From the NCBI GenBank assembly GCA_039621445.1, contig CP154954.1, forward strand, positions 38,611,703 through 38,675,702: 64,000 nucleotides of DNA, in the 5' to 3' direction. The translations under genes were made by a program, and so were the position numbers. Position 1 is the stretch's first letter; the number at the start of each line of letters is the position of its first letter. Below are positions 26,525 through 38,200 of the stretch, one piece after another. The notes under the pieces are model-generated. The model saw nothing but the letters and a program-made list of their open reading frames with translations, did no database searches and was not told the origin of the DNA. The DNA comes from Euglena gracilis. Its lineage: Eukaryota.

Positions 26525-27795
26525 GGTACTTATCTGTTATCGTACGACGGACCCCCCCCCTTTCGGTTATGGTACGACACCCCATTTTTGGGTTGCTGGT
26601 CTCCCTGCACGCTGCAAGCAGTGCTGGGCATTGCACAGGAACCCCTGTCTTCCGGTCCTCACTCCTCCGGAGGCCACTATCCCGCTATGCAGGCCAGCAG
26701 CGCGTCGAACGGGTCAGTGTGTTTTACAGACTGGCGCCAGAGGAACTTTGCCAGGTAGCTGTCGAGTAACGTTCGCCGGGTGCCGCGGTGCACTTTGGGC
26801 CTGCACGGGTGCCCCGATTGGCCCGAGTGCACTGAAGTGTGGGGTTATATAAAGGAATAGGGTTAGGTGCGCGACTTCCACACCCCCCCCTTTCCCGGCT
26901 CGGGGAACCGGTGTGCATTGCGCCACTTGGCCAGGCCCCACACCCGCTCGATGAGCTGGGTGTGGGCTCCGGTCCGTGGGTCGATGAAATTATATGTGTG
27001 ATTCAGGTGGTTATACCCCGCGCGCCTGAGCTCCCGGGAGGAGTAGCCGGCCCAGCAGTCCGACATGACCGTGCTGCCCGGCGCGACGCGCGCCTTCAGG
27101 ACCCGCGTCAGCGTGCGGGCCGTGCGGTCGGGGACGGTGGTCATGAACATCTCCCGCGTTTCGCGGCAGATGCCGCCGAAAACCCACTGCGCCGGCAGGA
27201 TGCGGCCCTTGTTCCCCTTCCGCTTGGAGAACAGCGCCTCGTCCACCTCGACGACCCGACCCGGGCCGCCGATGCGGCTCAGCTGGCAGCTGTCCTCGAG
27301 GTCCTGTACCGCCACCTCGCGGAGGTACGAGCACCAGTCTGTGGTCCCCTCCACCCCAGGGCCCTGCCGTGGCGCCCCCCGTACGCCTCGGCAGGACCCT
27401 GCGGCGTGTGACATGTCCAACTCGTGCCGGGCCCAGCGGTGTGACACGTTGTCGTGCGCCCACTGGTACAGGAACTGGACCGCCCGGACGAAGTCGAGGC
27501 GCCCGAAGTCGAACCACGTGCCGAGCCGGACGCCGCGTGTGCGGCGGCAGGTGCGGTCGGGGCACCGCCACAGCACCTTCTGGCCGTAGGAGAGCACCAT
27601 CTCCGTCCCGCACGGGCACGTACGCGCCAGGTGCAGCACGCCATGCCGCTGAAGCAGCTCAACGGCCTCACGCTCAGAGCGCGGGAGCTCGAGGGAGCGC
27701 ATGGGGAGGGTCGGCACCCTGTGGAAACCACAAACCGGGGGTGTCGTACCATAACCGAAAGGGGGGGGTCCGTCGTACGATAACAGATAAGTACC
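26525..27795 (-). mobile_element. Merlin-superfamily (IS1595/ISXO2-like) DNA transposon, near full length
   Basis: ~58-bp terminal inverted repeats (TIRs) GGTACTTATCTGTTATCGTACGACGGACCCCCCCCCTTTCGGTTATGGTACGACACCCC; perfect 8-bp TSD TTTTATTG (26517-26524 and 27796-27803); encodes a DDE transposase. Confidence 0.95.
26659..27702 (-). CDS. Merlin/ISXO2-like DDE transposase, three coding segments (27702-27406, 27351-26917, 26796-26677), mildly decayed
   Basis: N-terminal Cys cluster (CPC...WRC...C), VVEVDEALFSKRK (D1), TVMSDCWAGY (D2), HTQLIERVW (E), and a separate C-terminal segment KVHRGTRRTLLDSYLAKFLWRQ...DPFDALLACI. A TAG five codons before the probable TGA, and an apparent 2-aa deletion in the HxxVNH motif, suggest decay. 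Confidence 0.88.
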
Positions 27796-27989
27796 TTTTA
27801 TTGACCCCCCCGATGGTGCCCCCCCCCCTAATAGTGTCCCATGCCCGCTCTTTGGTTGGGCCGGGTTTGGGACCAGGCAATTGCTTAAGCACTGACCGAC
27901 CCCCCCCCCCCGGGGGGTGACTGGTTTTTTTCAGAGTGACTGACTGGTTTTGGCCCGGACCCCCTCACCCCCCCCCGGGGGGCGCAAGG

Positions 27990-29100
27990 CGGTAGACTGG
28001 GGGGGGGGGGGTAGTGGGTAGTCGGCCGACTAGTCGGCCGACTACCCACTCTAATGTACTAACAGGTCCAAACCGCCGACTTTTAAGCCCCCCCCATGAA
28101 GAAAATTCAATGCAAACTAGTCGGTGGCTAGTCGGCGGTCATAAAAATGGTCTGTGGCGGGCCCAAATCACCCGGAAACGGTCCGCATGGGTCCAAGTGT
28201 CTTACGCCTAAATAAACACCCCCAGACGGAAATCTTTGGTCGGTGGGGGGTCGGTGGGCCCTTGACGGGGGTCCGGAGGGGTAAAAAACCAATGATGAAA
28301 CAGGGATTACATGAAAATCCTTTAGAAATGCAAGCATTCTGCATCACGAGAGGCAGAAATCTCTCCCCTCCACCCCCATCCGAGCCTCAAATAACAAAAT
28401 CCCTTCTGTGTTGGCAACATACTCGGGGCTACCCCCCCCCATATTGTCCCAACCACCTTCCCACTGGGACCCCAAATGGACAATATGGGGGGGGGACAAT
28501 ATGGGGGTACCAAAGGAAATTTCATTGGCCGAGCCAAAAAAACCCCCCGTCGGCCGGGCCGAGGGACAATATGGGGGGGGGGGGACAATATGGGGGGGGG
28601 TAAGTCGTTTTTGTGGCTCACTTTGGCATAGGCGGGGGGGGGGGGGGGGGGCTCCGCCCCCGCACCCCCCCCCTCAAATAACAAAATCCCTTCTATGTTG
28701 GCAATAGACTTGGAGGGATAAGACCTTTTGTGCAAATTTTGACTTATATTGAAAATCCAATGGGGAGAGGTGTTCTTTTTCCAAAAGTGGCCCAAAATGG
28801 ACATTTCCCCCCATTTTTTTTGCATATTCACCCCCGATTGGGGGGTTCTGGAGCCATTTGGGTGGGTTTTGACTGGTGTTGAGGCAATTTGGACAAAAAA
28901 ATTTTCCCAGGGGAAGGGGGGCTTAAAAGTCGGCGGTTTTGACCCGTCAGTACATCAGAGTGTGTAGTCGGCCGACTAGTCGGCCGACTACCCACTACCC
29001 CCCCCCCCCTGTCTCGCCGACTAGCTACCGACCAGGCATAGTCGGCCGACCAATTGGGTAGTCGGCCGACTACCCACTACCCTCCCCCTCCAGTCTGCCG
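27990..29100. repeat. Fold-back element built from AGTCGGCCGACT palindromes (second copy ~21281-22275), with nested ATATTGTCC-core MITE
   Basis: GTAGTCGGCCGACTAGTCGGCCGACTAC arrays and inverted arms at both ends. Confidence 0.7.
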
Positions 29101-29239
29101 TCTGGCACTCCGGGGGGGGGGGTCGGCCAGGAGTGGGCAAAAGTGGCTTGAGTGAGTCAAGAACTGTGTTTTGGGCTGAGAGTCAGGGGGAGCCAGGGGG
29201 TCCCTCGAAACTCTTGGCCAAAACAGAGTTTCGAGACAT

Positions 29240-29267
29240 TGTTCCTTCAATTTTTGTCGTGCCACAG
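29240..29267 (+). promoter_or_regulatory. Putative spliced-leader trans-splice (or 5'UTR intron) acceptor
   Basis: Pyrimidine-rich tract ending in CACAG 27 nt before the ATG; a similar CCCCTGTTTGCCGCAG ends at 55133 before the second gene. Trans-splicing is inferred from the likely euglenozoan origin. Confidence 0.4.
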
Positions 29268-29294
29268 GAAATTGGACGATGCCCGCCGATTAAG

Positions 29295-32200
29295 ATGGCG
29301 GGACTCCTTGCAGTCCGCATCAAAGATGGCATCTTTGTTGGAAATGCGGTTTCGTCCCAGGATGAGGAGTTCCTTTTCCTGAATAAAGTGTCGCACATCA
29401 TCAACTGTGCCGCAACGGAGACCCCGAATTTGTATCAACAAGCAGGCATCAATTACCTTTCATTCCCCTGGCGTGATGCAACAACCACAACTCTTTTTGA
29501 CCCCGAGGTAATTTTCCGTCTCTGGATTTGTGCAAACTCCCAAGTTCTCTTTCCCAGGACCGCAATGTTGCTCAGATTTATCAGTTTATTGAGAAAGGAT
29601 TGGAGAAAGGGGAGTGCGTACTGGTGCATTCTCGTGATGGGACATGTATGGAATGTTTTGCTGTCTTCCCCTTGCCAATTTTCCCCAGCGAGGTGCTGTG
29701 CTGTAGTAGTGGCTTACCTGATGCTGAAGTTTGGCTGGTCTTTGACAAACACTCTGAGTTTCATGATCACTGCGCACCCAGACATGGCAATTCAACCTTA
29801 CTTCATCAGGCAGCTGAAGACTTATGCAAAGCGGTGTGCAGAAGGCCACAACTGGTGATGAATTTTTGGGCGGGAAAAAACACCCAAATTTTTTTTAGGT
29901 TAAGGTAAACCCCCACCCCTAATAGAAGCACGGGGCCGCTACAAGCGCAGGGTCCCAATAAAAGCGCACCCCCCGCCGTCGAAGGCGGCGGTCCGCTACA
30001 AGCGCACCCCCCATTTTGATGGGATTTCTAAAGGAAATCAACAAAAATCGTGCAGGTAGGGTCCAAATAGAAGCGCACCCCCTGCCGCCGGGGGCGGCGG
30101 TCCCCTATAAGCGCACCCGTGCTTCTATTAGGGGGGGGGGTTTAGGTCATGACTTGGCAGGTGGGTCTGAAACAAGACGGAGGAGTGAAATGGCATGGCG
30201 AGGGGGCGGGGGGGTGCCGACCACAGATTCACCACCAGCCCCGTACCTGGCAGGGCGGACATGGGACACAATCGGGGGGGGGGGGACACTGTCGGGGTCA
30301 ATAAAATTCCTTTGGGACCGGCTGAGTCCCGTGGCAGGGGGTATGGGACATTGTCGGGGGGGGGGGGACTTTTTCCCAGACCCAAACCCACACCCACTTT
30401 TTTTTGGTAACCGTTAGGTGTAACACCTGTGTGATTTCTCCTGGGGGCGGGCCCCAGCCAGGGGGGGCATGGGGGGGGTCCGGGTCGGAAATTTTGTTTG
30501 CGCTCAAAAACACTTTTTTTGATGTTCTGAAGTGAAAAAAAAAGTGTGTTTGAGCGAAAAAAAAATTCAATTTTTTGGTTCCTGGGGGGTTTGAGCACGG
30601 GTGGGTTGGGGCCCTGGGACCCCCCCCGGGGGGGTTGTGCCATGGGTCAGGCTTCTTTTTATTTTCAAAAAGGTTCCCCCAGGCAGATGATTGGTTATGA
30701 CGATCCCGAGGTCGTGCCGACCTAGGTCGGGCCGACCATGTGGTCGGGCCAACCATGGTCAGGCCGACCACTAGAGGTCGATGAGCATAGCCAATGAACC
30801 GCATTACCCCGCCTTTTTCAAAGGACTTTTGACTTGAGGTCGGGCAGACCATGGTCGGCCCGACCTGTTTGTAACCAATCATATGGTCGGTAACAACCAA
30901 TTGGAGGTCGGGCTGACCATGTGGTCAGTTGAACAACCGCCATGGTTTTCATAGAAGCATACAAAGGACCCCCCCCCCCGCCCAAAATCAATATTTCCTT
31001 GTGTGTGCAAGTCAAGGATGGCCAAACGCACCCTAGCAAGATCCCTTTGTGTGTGCAACGTAAGGAGGGCCAAAACGCGCACCGTCAAAAAAACGTCCCA
31101 TATGTCCCAAACGTCCCAAACTTAGTCGGCGTATGGCCTCCTCCGGGGGGGGGGGGGGGGCTACCGCCCCCAGGACCCCCACCCAAAATAGCAATATCCC
31201 CTTGTGTGTGCAAGGCAAGGATGGCCAAAACGCGCACCCTAACAAAATCCTTTTGTGTGTGAAAGGCAAAATAATAAGTAAAATAGCCCCTCTGCATGTT
31301 CCACAGGGTTTGGCCAAGGTCCGGGGGGGGGGGGCCCCCCCCCCCCCCCGGAGGAGGCCGCGAGGCCGACTAAGTTCACGGTTTGGCAATCTTTTTTCCT
31401 TTTTTTTTTAGTATGGGACGTTTTTTTTTTGGACAGTTTCAAGGTCATTTCAATGTGTTTCCGTGCATTTTGAGTCAAATTTACCGAATCAAATTTTGAG
31501 GGGGGGGGCTTGAATTTCAAAAAAAAATGGGGTAATGCGGTTCATTGGAGGTCGGCCCGACCTCCAATGGTCGATAAGCCACGGCCAATGGTCGGCCCGA
31601 CCTCCGGGATCGTCATAGTCAATCATGCACGGTGCCAAAAGGTTCCAAAAATTCTGGCAAAGCGTCCAAAATTATTGCAAAAAGTACACAAATATTTTGC
31701 AAAAGGGAAACAAAAATTTGGCAAAAGTGCCAAAAATTATGGCAAAACATCCCGGAAACTGTGAGTGTTAGGACTTGGTCAAGGACACTTTGGTCAAAGT
31801 GACCTTGGTCAAGGACACTTTGGTCAAAGTGGCCTTACCCACCCACCCACAACCCCCCCCCCCCAGGGCAGAACGGGAATCGGTCGAACAGCCAGGGTGG
31901 TGGGTGGGGGGGTCGACCACCCCCCCCCCTGCATGGTGGGTGGGGGTCAACCCCCCCCCACCACCTCTTCCCGTATTTCCGGGAGCACCAATTTTTTTGC
32001 AGTAGCCAAACCTGTTCCACTCTTGGTTGTGGAATTAAACATGGAAGTGTGAAGCTGAAAATGAAGCTGAGAAAATTGTAACACCAGTGCTTTTTGATTG
32101 CATTTTTGTTTTCCACATTGGGCGTTCAGGTGAGAAGGCGGGAGGAGGTCGGGTTTTTGGAGGTGCCTGCCCATAGCAAGCGCCCCCCTCCGACCCCCGC

Positions 32201-35200
32201 GCCGGGGGCTCGGAAAAGGCCTTTTCCGAGAAAGGCCTTTTCTGGAAAAGGCATTTTTCTGGCGCCTTCGGCACCGGGTGTTTTTTTAACCCATTTTGGG
32301 ACCCATATCGGGGGCATCCCAAAAACCACCCAAAACCCCATTTTTTCACACCTTCCAAAAATTCGACATTTCCTCAAAATGTTGATTTTGGGAGGTTTTT
32401 GAAGCAAAAAAAAATGCCATTGAAAGTCCAAAAAATTTCAACGAGAAAAAATGTCAGTAAAATTTGACTGTGCCAAAATTTTGTCCACTTTTTTTGGTCT
32501 TCTTTTTTTTCACTCCCCTCCTGAACAGTGCCAGTTTTTAAGACGGAAAATTTTGAGATTTTTTGTAAATAAAATGTGGTTTTCCATCAAAAATTCATGT
32601 GCTTTCAGTTCATTTTTCAAAAAAAATTCAATTTTTTTCTGGCCAAAATCCCCGTTTTCCCGAAATCGGTGAAAATGCTGTGGTGGGTGGGGGGGGTCGA
32701 CCCCCCCCCACCAGGCCTTCCCGTTCTGCCCCCCCCCTCCGGGAGGGGGGTCAACCACCCCACCCAAAAAGCTGAAATTGGCTGAAAACGGCGAAAAAAA
32801 ATTCCGGCCCAGTGACAAGAACTGGGTTTGGGCCAAGTGTAAGGGGAGCCTGGGGGCGGGCACCGCGGCGCCGTGGTCGCCCCCAGGCCCCCCTAAAACC
32901 TTGGCCCAAAGCACTGTTCTTGGTTTGAAACTGTGTTTGGGCGAAGATTTAAGACTTTTAAAGTCTCGAAATCGGCCCAAACACGGTTTCAGCCAGGCAA
33001 AACACTTTTTTCTGAGATTTGGGACTCTGTGGTCTGGAAGTTTTGGAACTCTTCTGCAAGTTTTTAAGATTTGCCAATTTTTTTTGTGCCTGCAGTGTGC
33101 TTTTTTGGAATGTCTGTCCATCCAAACTCCAGCGCAGCTGGCAGCTCGTTCAAAGCGAAGCCAAAAAAGATGCTTTTTCAATAAATAATAAAAAACATGC
33201 TTTTTTTCTCAAAACAAAAAAACTCCAGCTGTGCTGGGTTGAATGCTGTGCATGCAGCCCGTCGACCATGAGGGTGTTGTTGCCGTCTGACCGAGGACAA
33301 ATTGGAGGACATCTTCTGTTGCAAAAACTGCTGCTTGGAAGCATTCTCCGTCCTTTTAAACACAAGGACGGAGGGTGCGCTGGCAGGGCTAGCTACAGGG
33401 GGGGGGAATTATGCGGTCCGCATTATTCCGCATTTTTCCGCATTTCCGCATTATTCCGCATTTTTCCGCATATTTTCCGCATTTTTTTTGTAAATTTTCC
33501 GCATTTTTCCGCATTTTCGCATTTGACCGCACTTTTTCCGCATTTTTCCGCATTTTTCCGCATAATTTCCGCATTATCCCGCATTTTCGCATTTTTCCGC
33601 ATAATTACTGCATTTTTTCGCATAATTTCCACATTTTTCCGCATAATTTCCGCATTTTTTGTGATTTTTTTACGTTTCAGGTCAACTACAAGGTTCATTG
33701 TTTCCCCAATATGTTGGAGCACAAGTGCTCGTCTTTTCGTCTCTCTGTTTTATACATAATTTGTGCTTTGTTTTTCCATTGCATTTTGGTGATTTCTGGC
33801 AAGCTTGGGCATCGGCGATGGGAATCAAATAGCATCGGGACCCTGCATATTGTGAGGTAGAAATATATCTGTCCTCTCATGTGACCTGGGACTCCACAGA
33901 ATTTCGGCATATTTTCCGCATTTTCCGCATTTTTCCGCATATTTTCCGCATTTTTTTTCCGCATAATTTCCGCATAATTTCCGCATTTTTCCGCATTTTT
34001 CCGCATAATTTCCGCATTTTTTCCCGCCTGCCAGACCGCATAATTCCCCCCCCCTGCTAGCTAGCCAGTTAATTTTTTTGTATCCACTTGCCTAAAATGG
34101 GCTCATTGCGGGAAATTGGTGATGGATTTTTTGGTGGTCGCTAGCGACTGTTGGTGATGGCCTAGCGACCATTGGTGGTCGGAGCGATTTGTCGCTCCAA
34201 CCACCAGTTTTAAGTCCACCCCCCCCCTCTGCAAAAGTTTTTAAGCCCCCCCCTCCAAATTTCTCATTCAAATATGAAGGCAAATGACTCAAAACCCACC
34301 CAAATGCCTTCAGAAACTCCCATTCGGGGGTGGTGAAAAAAAAATATACGCCCAGGACCCTCAACAGTGCTTTTTTTAAAAAAAATGTGTTTTCTTTACA
34401 TACTGTTGTGTTTTTTTTGCCTTAATTTTGAACGAGCTGCCAGTTGTGCTGCTCCAACCAACTTTCCCACATTTTTTTCACCGTAATTCTTGTCCGGTGT
34501 TCCTTTCCCATACCCTTTGGGAAAGGGGCTGTCTAATTTCACACACAAAAAGACCATCTTCTACAATATTGTCAATTTGGGATTTATTTCAAAATGAAAA
34601 ATTACGACAGAACCACCAGAAGTCCATTTTGACCTTTTTTTTTGCAAAAAGTCTTCATTCTTCGTTGCAACTGAAATTCTCTCTGAAATTTTGAAGATTC
34701 ACACGTATTTTCCCATCCAAAATCACATTTTCCCACTTATTTTTCCCTTTATTTTTGTCCCCCATAATTTTTGTCCGCATTGTGTGGAATCAATGATGAG
34801 CACCACAATTTTGCGTCACAGGCATGAACTTGAGATGGATATCTTCTCCCCTGGAGTAGACACAAGCCGGCTCCCACTGGACAACGAGCAATGGGTTCTG
34901 AAGAACACAGTGTGCTTCTTTGTCTTGCCCGCAATATTCACAGTGGTCATCAGGGGGATTTTTATATTTGCAGAATTTTTGGGGAAAGAGGCACCAGGAC
35001 AGGGTTCGGAAAAAGAAGAATCATTTTCTCGCTCTGGGACTGGATTTTCAGCCAATCCAATCGTATTTTCTTCCCCCATTTTCTCAAGAAAATCATGTTT
35101 TCCTGAGAGTCAAAATCACATTTTTTTTGTTGCTGATTTTGCATGATTTCCACCACATTTATTACTATTTGTCATTTATCATCATTGTTTGTTTGAAAAT

Positions 35201-38200
35201 GGAACAAAATTTCACAAATTTCATGAGAAAAATTACTTCCATGATGCATTTTCACAACGTGTTTTTGGATTCAAAACTTTCCCCAAAACAGAAAATTTTG
35301 CCAAATAATCCTGACTGGAACTTCGGCGATCCACATGGCGCTCAGGGAATTTCTTAAGCCGGAGGGTACCCTACCCCCCGGGGGGGGGGGTCCAGCCAGC
35401 CAGCAGCTCAAATCCAGCCAGCAGCCCAAATTCGGGCTGGGAGCCCCCCCCCCCCGGGGTCGAGTGAAATAAAGTCGGGTCCAGCCCGGCCGGAGGCCGG
35501 GCCAGCCGGCCGAAGGCCGGCCCAGCCGGCCGCAGGCCGGCCAGCCAACTGGGCTGTCCAGCTCACTTATCCCTGCATTTTTCCCCCTCATCACAGCCCC
35601 TCCATCACAGCCCCCCAGCCTTGATCTAGCTCCACCCATCAAAATGTCGAAAATGGCCAAAATGTGTTAGAAAATTTTGTTTTTCGTCGACCCAGCCCAG
35701 CCCAGCCCGCTCCAGCCCGGGACCCCCCCCCCTCCCCCCCCCCCCCCCCCCCGGGGGGGGGGGGTCCAGCCAGCAGCTCAAATCCAGCCAGCAGCCTTTT
35801 TGCCAGCCGGGGGCTGGACCCCCCCCCCCCGGGGGGTCCTTAAGAAATTCCCTGATGGCGCTCCCGGGGGCTAGGGGGAACAATATTTTGGCAGGTTAAT
35901 TGGGAGCAAGTTTGCACAGAAGGAGGAGAGGGTTATGGAATTAATTTTTTTGAAACATAACAATCACCGCTGCGTATGTGATCAGGGAATTTCTTAAGCC
36001 GGAGGGTACCCTACCCCCGGGGGGGGGGGGTCCAGCCAGCCAGCAGCTCAAATCCAGCCAGCAGCCCAAATTCGGGCTGGGAGCCCCCCCCCGGGGTCGA
36101 CTGAAATAAAGTCGGGTCCAGCCCGGCCTCCGGCCAGGCGGCCAGCCGGCCGAAGGCCGGGCCAGCCGGCCGCAGGCTGGCCAGCCAACTGGGCTTCCCA
36201 GCTCACCTATCCCTGCATTTTTTCCCCTCACCACAGTTTCCTACATCACAGCCCCAGCCTTGACCAAGCTCCATCCACCAAAATGTCGAAAATGGCAAAA
36301 ATGTGTTAGAAAATTTTGTTTTTCACCGACCCAGCCCAGCCCAGCCCTCTCCAGCCCCAGACCCCCCACCCCCGGGGGGTCCAGCCATCAGCTCAAATCC
36401 AGCCAGCAGCCTTTTTGCCAGCCGGAGGCTGGTCCCCCCCCCCCGGGGGTCGTTAAGAAATTCCCTGTATGTGATGTGACCGAAGATTGTTTTTTTTTTT
36501 GCTCCACCTCCCCCCTCCGGGGCCAGCCAGGATCGGCCAAAACTGGCCCACCAGCGCCAAAGACACTGGAAATTTGGGGGGGGGGGGTTGAGCCATTTTG
36601 GCCCAATGGTCAGCGACCCCCCGTCTTCGGAGGCTCTAAAAAAAACCTGTCAGTGTCTTGGTGGGGGGGGGGGGTCGGACGTTTTAAGCAATCCTGGTAT
36701 GCACACATGGCATAGAGTGGGCCCCAGGGTTGTGTGGGAAGCTCCACAGGCATGAGGTGGGTGGTAGGGGGGTGCTCACCCCAGGGGGGTAAGGTTGTGG
36801 GGGGGGGTCCCTCACCCCCCAGTTTTGGAGGGGGGTCCCCACCCCCCCCCTTGGGGCTCAAATTTTGCACTCAATGGTAAGAAGTTCCGGGAACCAAAAA
36901 CAGGAGATGGGAGCAGGTTTCTGCTTAAGGGATTGCAGTACCCCCCCGGGGGGGCTGGACTGCAGCTGGCCCAAATTTGGCTAGTGGGATTTCTAGCAGA
37001 CCCCCCCCCGGGGGGGTTCTGCCAGCAGGGCTAGCTAGTGGAAAAAATTTTCCAGTGACCGGCGCGAAGCGCCGGAAATTTTTTTGGGGGACCCCCAAAG
37101 ATGGCCAAAAGTGCCTGTTTTTGGCCATTTTTGGGAGTTTTTTGAAACAAAATCAGCCAAAAACCTATTAAAAATCTCATTTCCACCTCGGCGCGCAGCG
37201 CCGGAGGAAATTTTTTTCCAGTTGGGGGGACCCCCCCCCCCCGGGGGTCTAGCTAGGCCACCTCCACGTACACAGACAAAAGGGCCAGAGGCGAACAACA
37301 GCGCCAGGCCAGAAGAAGGGGTAAAAGGCACCCAAAAACAGCCACAGTGCACACAGGGTGTCTAGCTAGTCCATTTTTTCCAGTGTCTAGCCGATTGGCT
37401 GGCCAGTACCCCCCCCCCCTCCCGGGTCTTTAAGCAAAAGCCTGGATAGGAGAGGGGTCCCCCCTCCCCTCTGGCCACCTCGGGAACCGGCGGATTATCA
37501 CCATGATCCCGGCTCCGTTTGCGGAATTTTTTTTTTCAGTCGCGAGCGACTGGATTTCTAGTTTCCGAATCACCTCCGGTTGACCCGCAACTCCCCGCCA
37601 GGCCCGAGTTATTCACGCGCGAAGGGTCCAAACTGGGTAGGATTGCTCCCCCCCCTTCCGACTCTGCCATTTCGCCGGGGTCCAAAAATCGGTCAAAAAT
37701 TGATTTTTCGAAAGTATCTCGAGAAAACGTACATTATTTCCGGAAATTTCGGTCTGACGTACCCCCCATGGGGTCCCCCCCCTACCCCCATTTTGTTTTT
37801 GTTTTTGAGTCCCATTCCCCCACTCCCAGTCCCCCTCCCCGATGGTTTTTTTCGAAGCTGAGTGTGATTTTTCCCCCCCCCCCGTTTCCGGCCATTTTTT
37901 TTCGCCGGCGATTATCCCCTTTTCAGGGCCCCCCTTCCCCGCATCCCGCTGGCTTGTTTCGCCCACCCCGCCGGGACCCCCCCCCTTCCAACCCGTATTT
38001 CGGTCCCCCCGACTTTCCCGTCCCTTTCCCCTTTTTCCCAGGCCGCCCTCTACAGGGTTTCGATATACACGTATATTATGGTTTAGGTGGGGGGGGGTGT
38101 CCCCCCACCCCCCCCCTCCTTGCCCCCACCTGCAAGGGGGGTCCGGACCGACCCTCGGGGGGGTACCCGGGACCCCCCCCAAAAAGGGTCAATTTTTTCC

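Noticed and set aside
27011-27920. Overlapping alternative-frame ORFs in the Merlin element
   Set aside because: Shadow ORFs caused by the GC-rich codon usage of the transposase.
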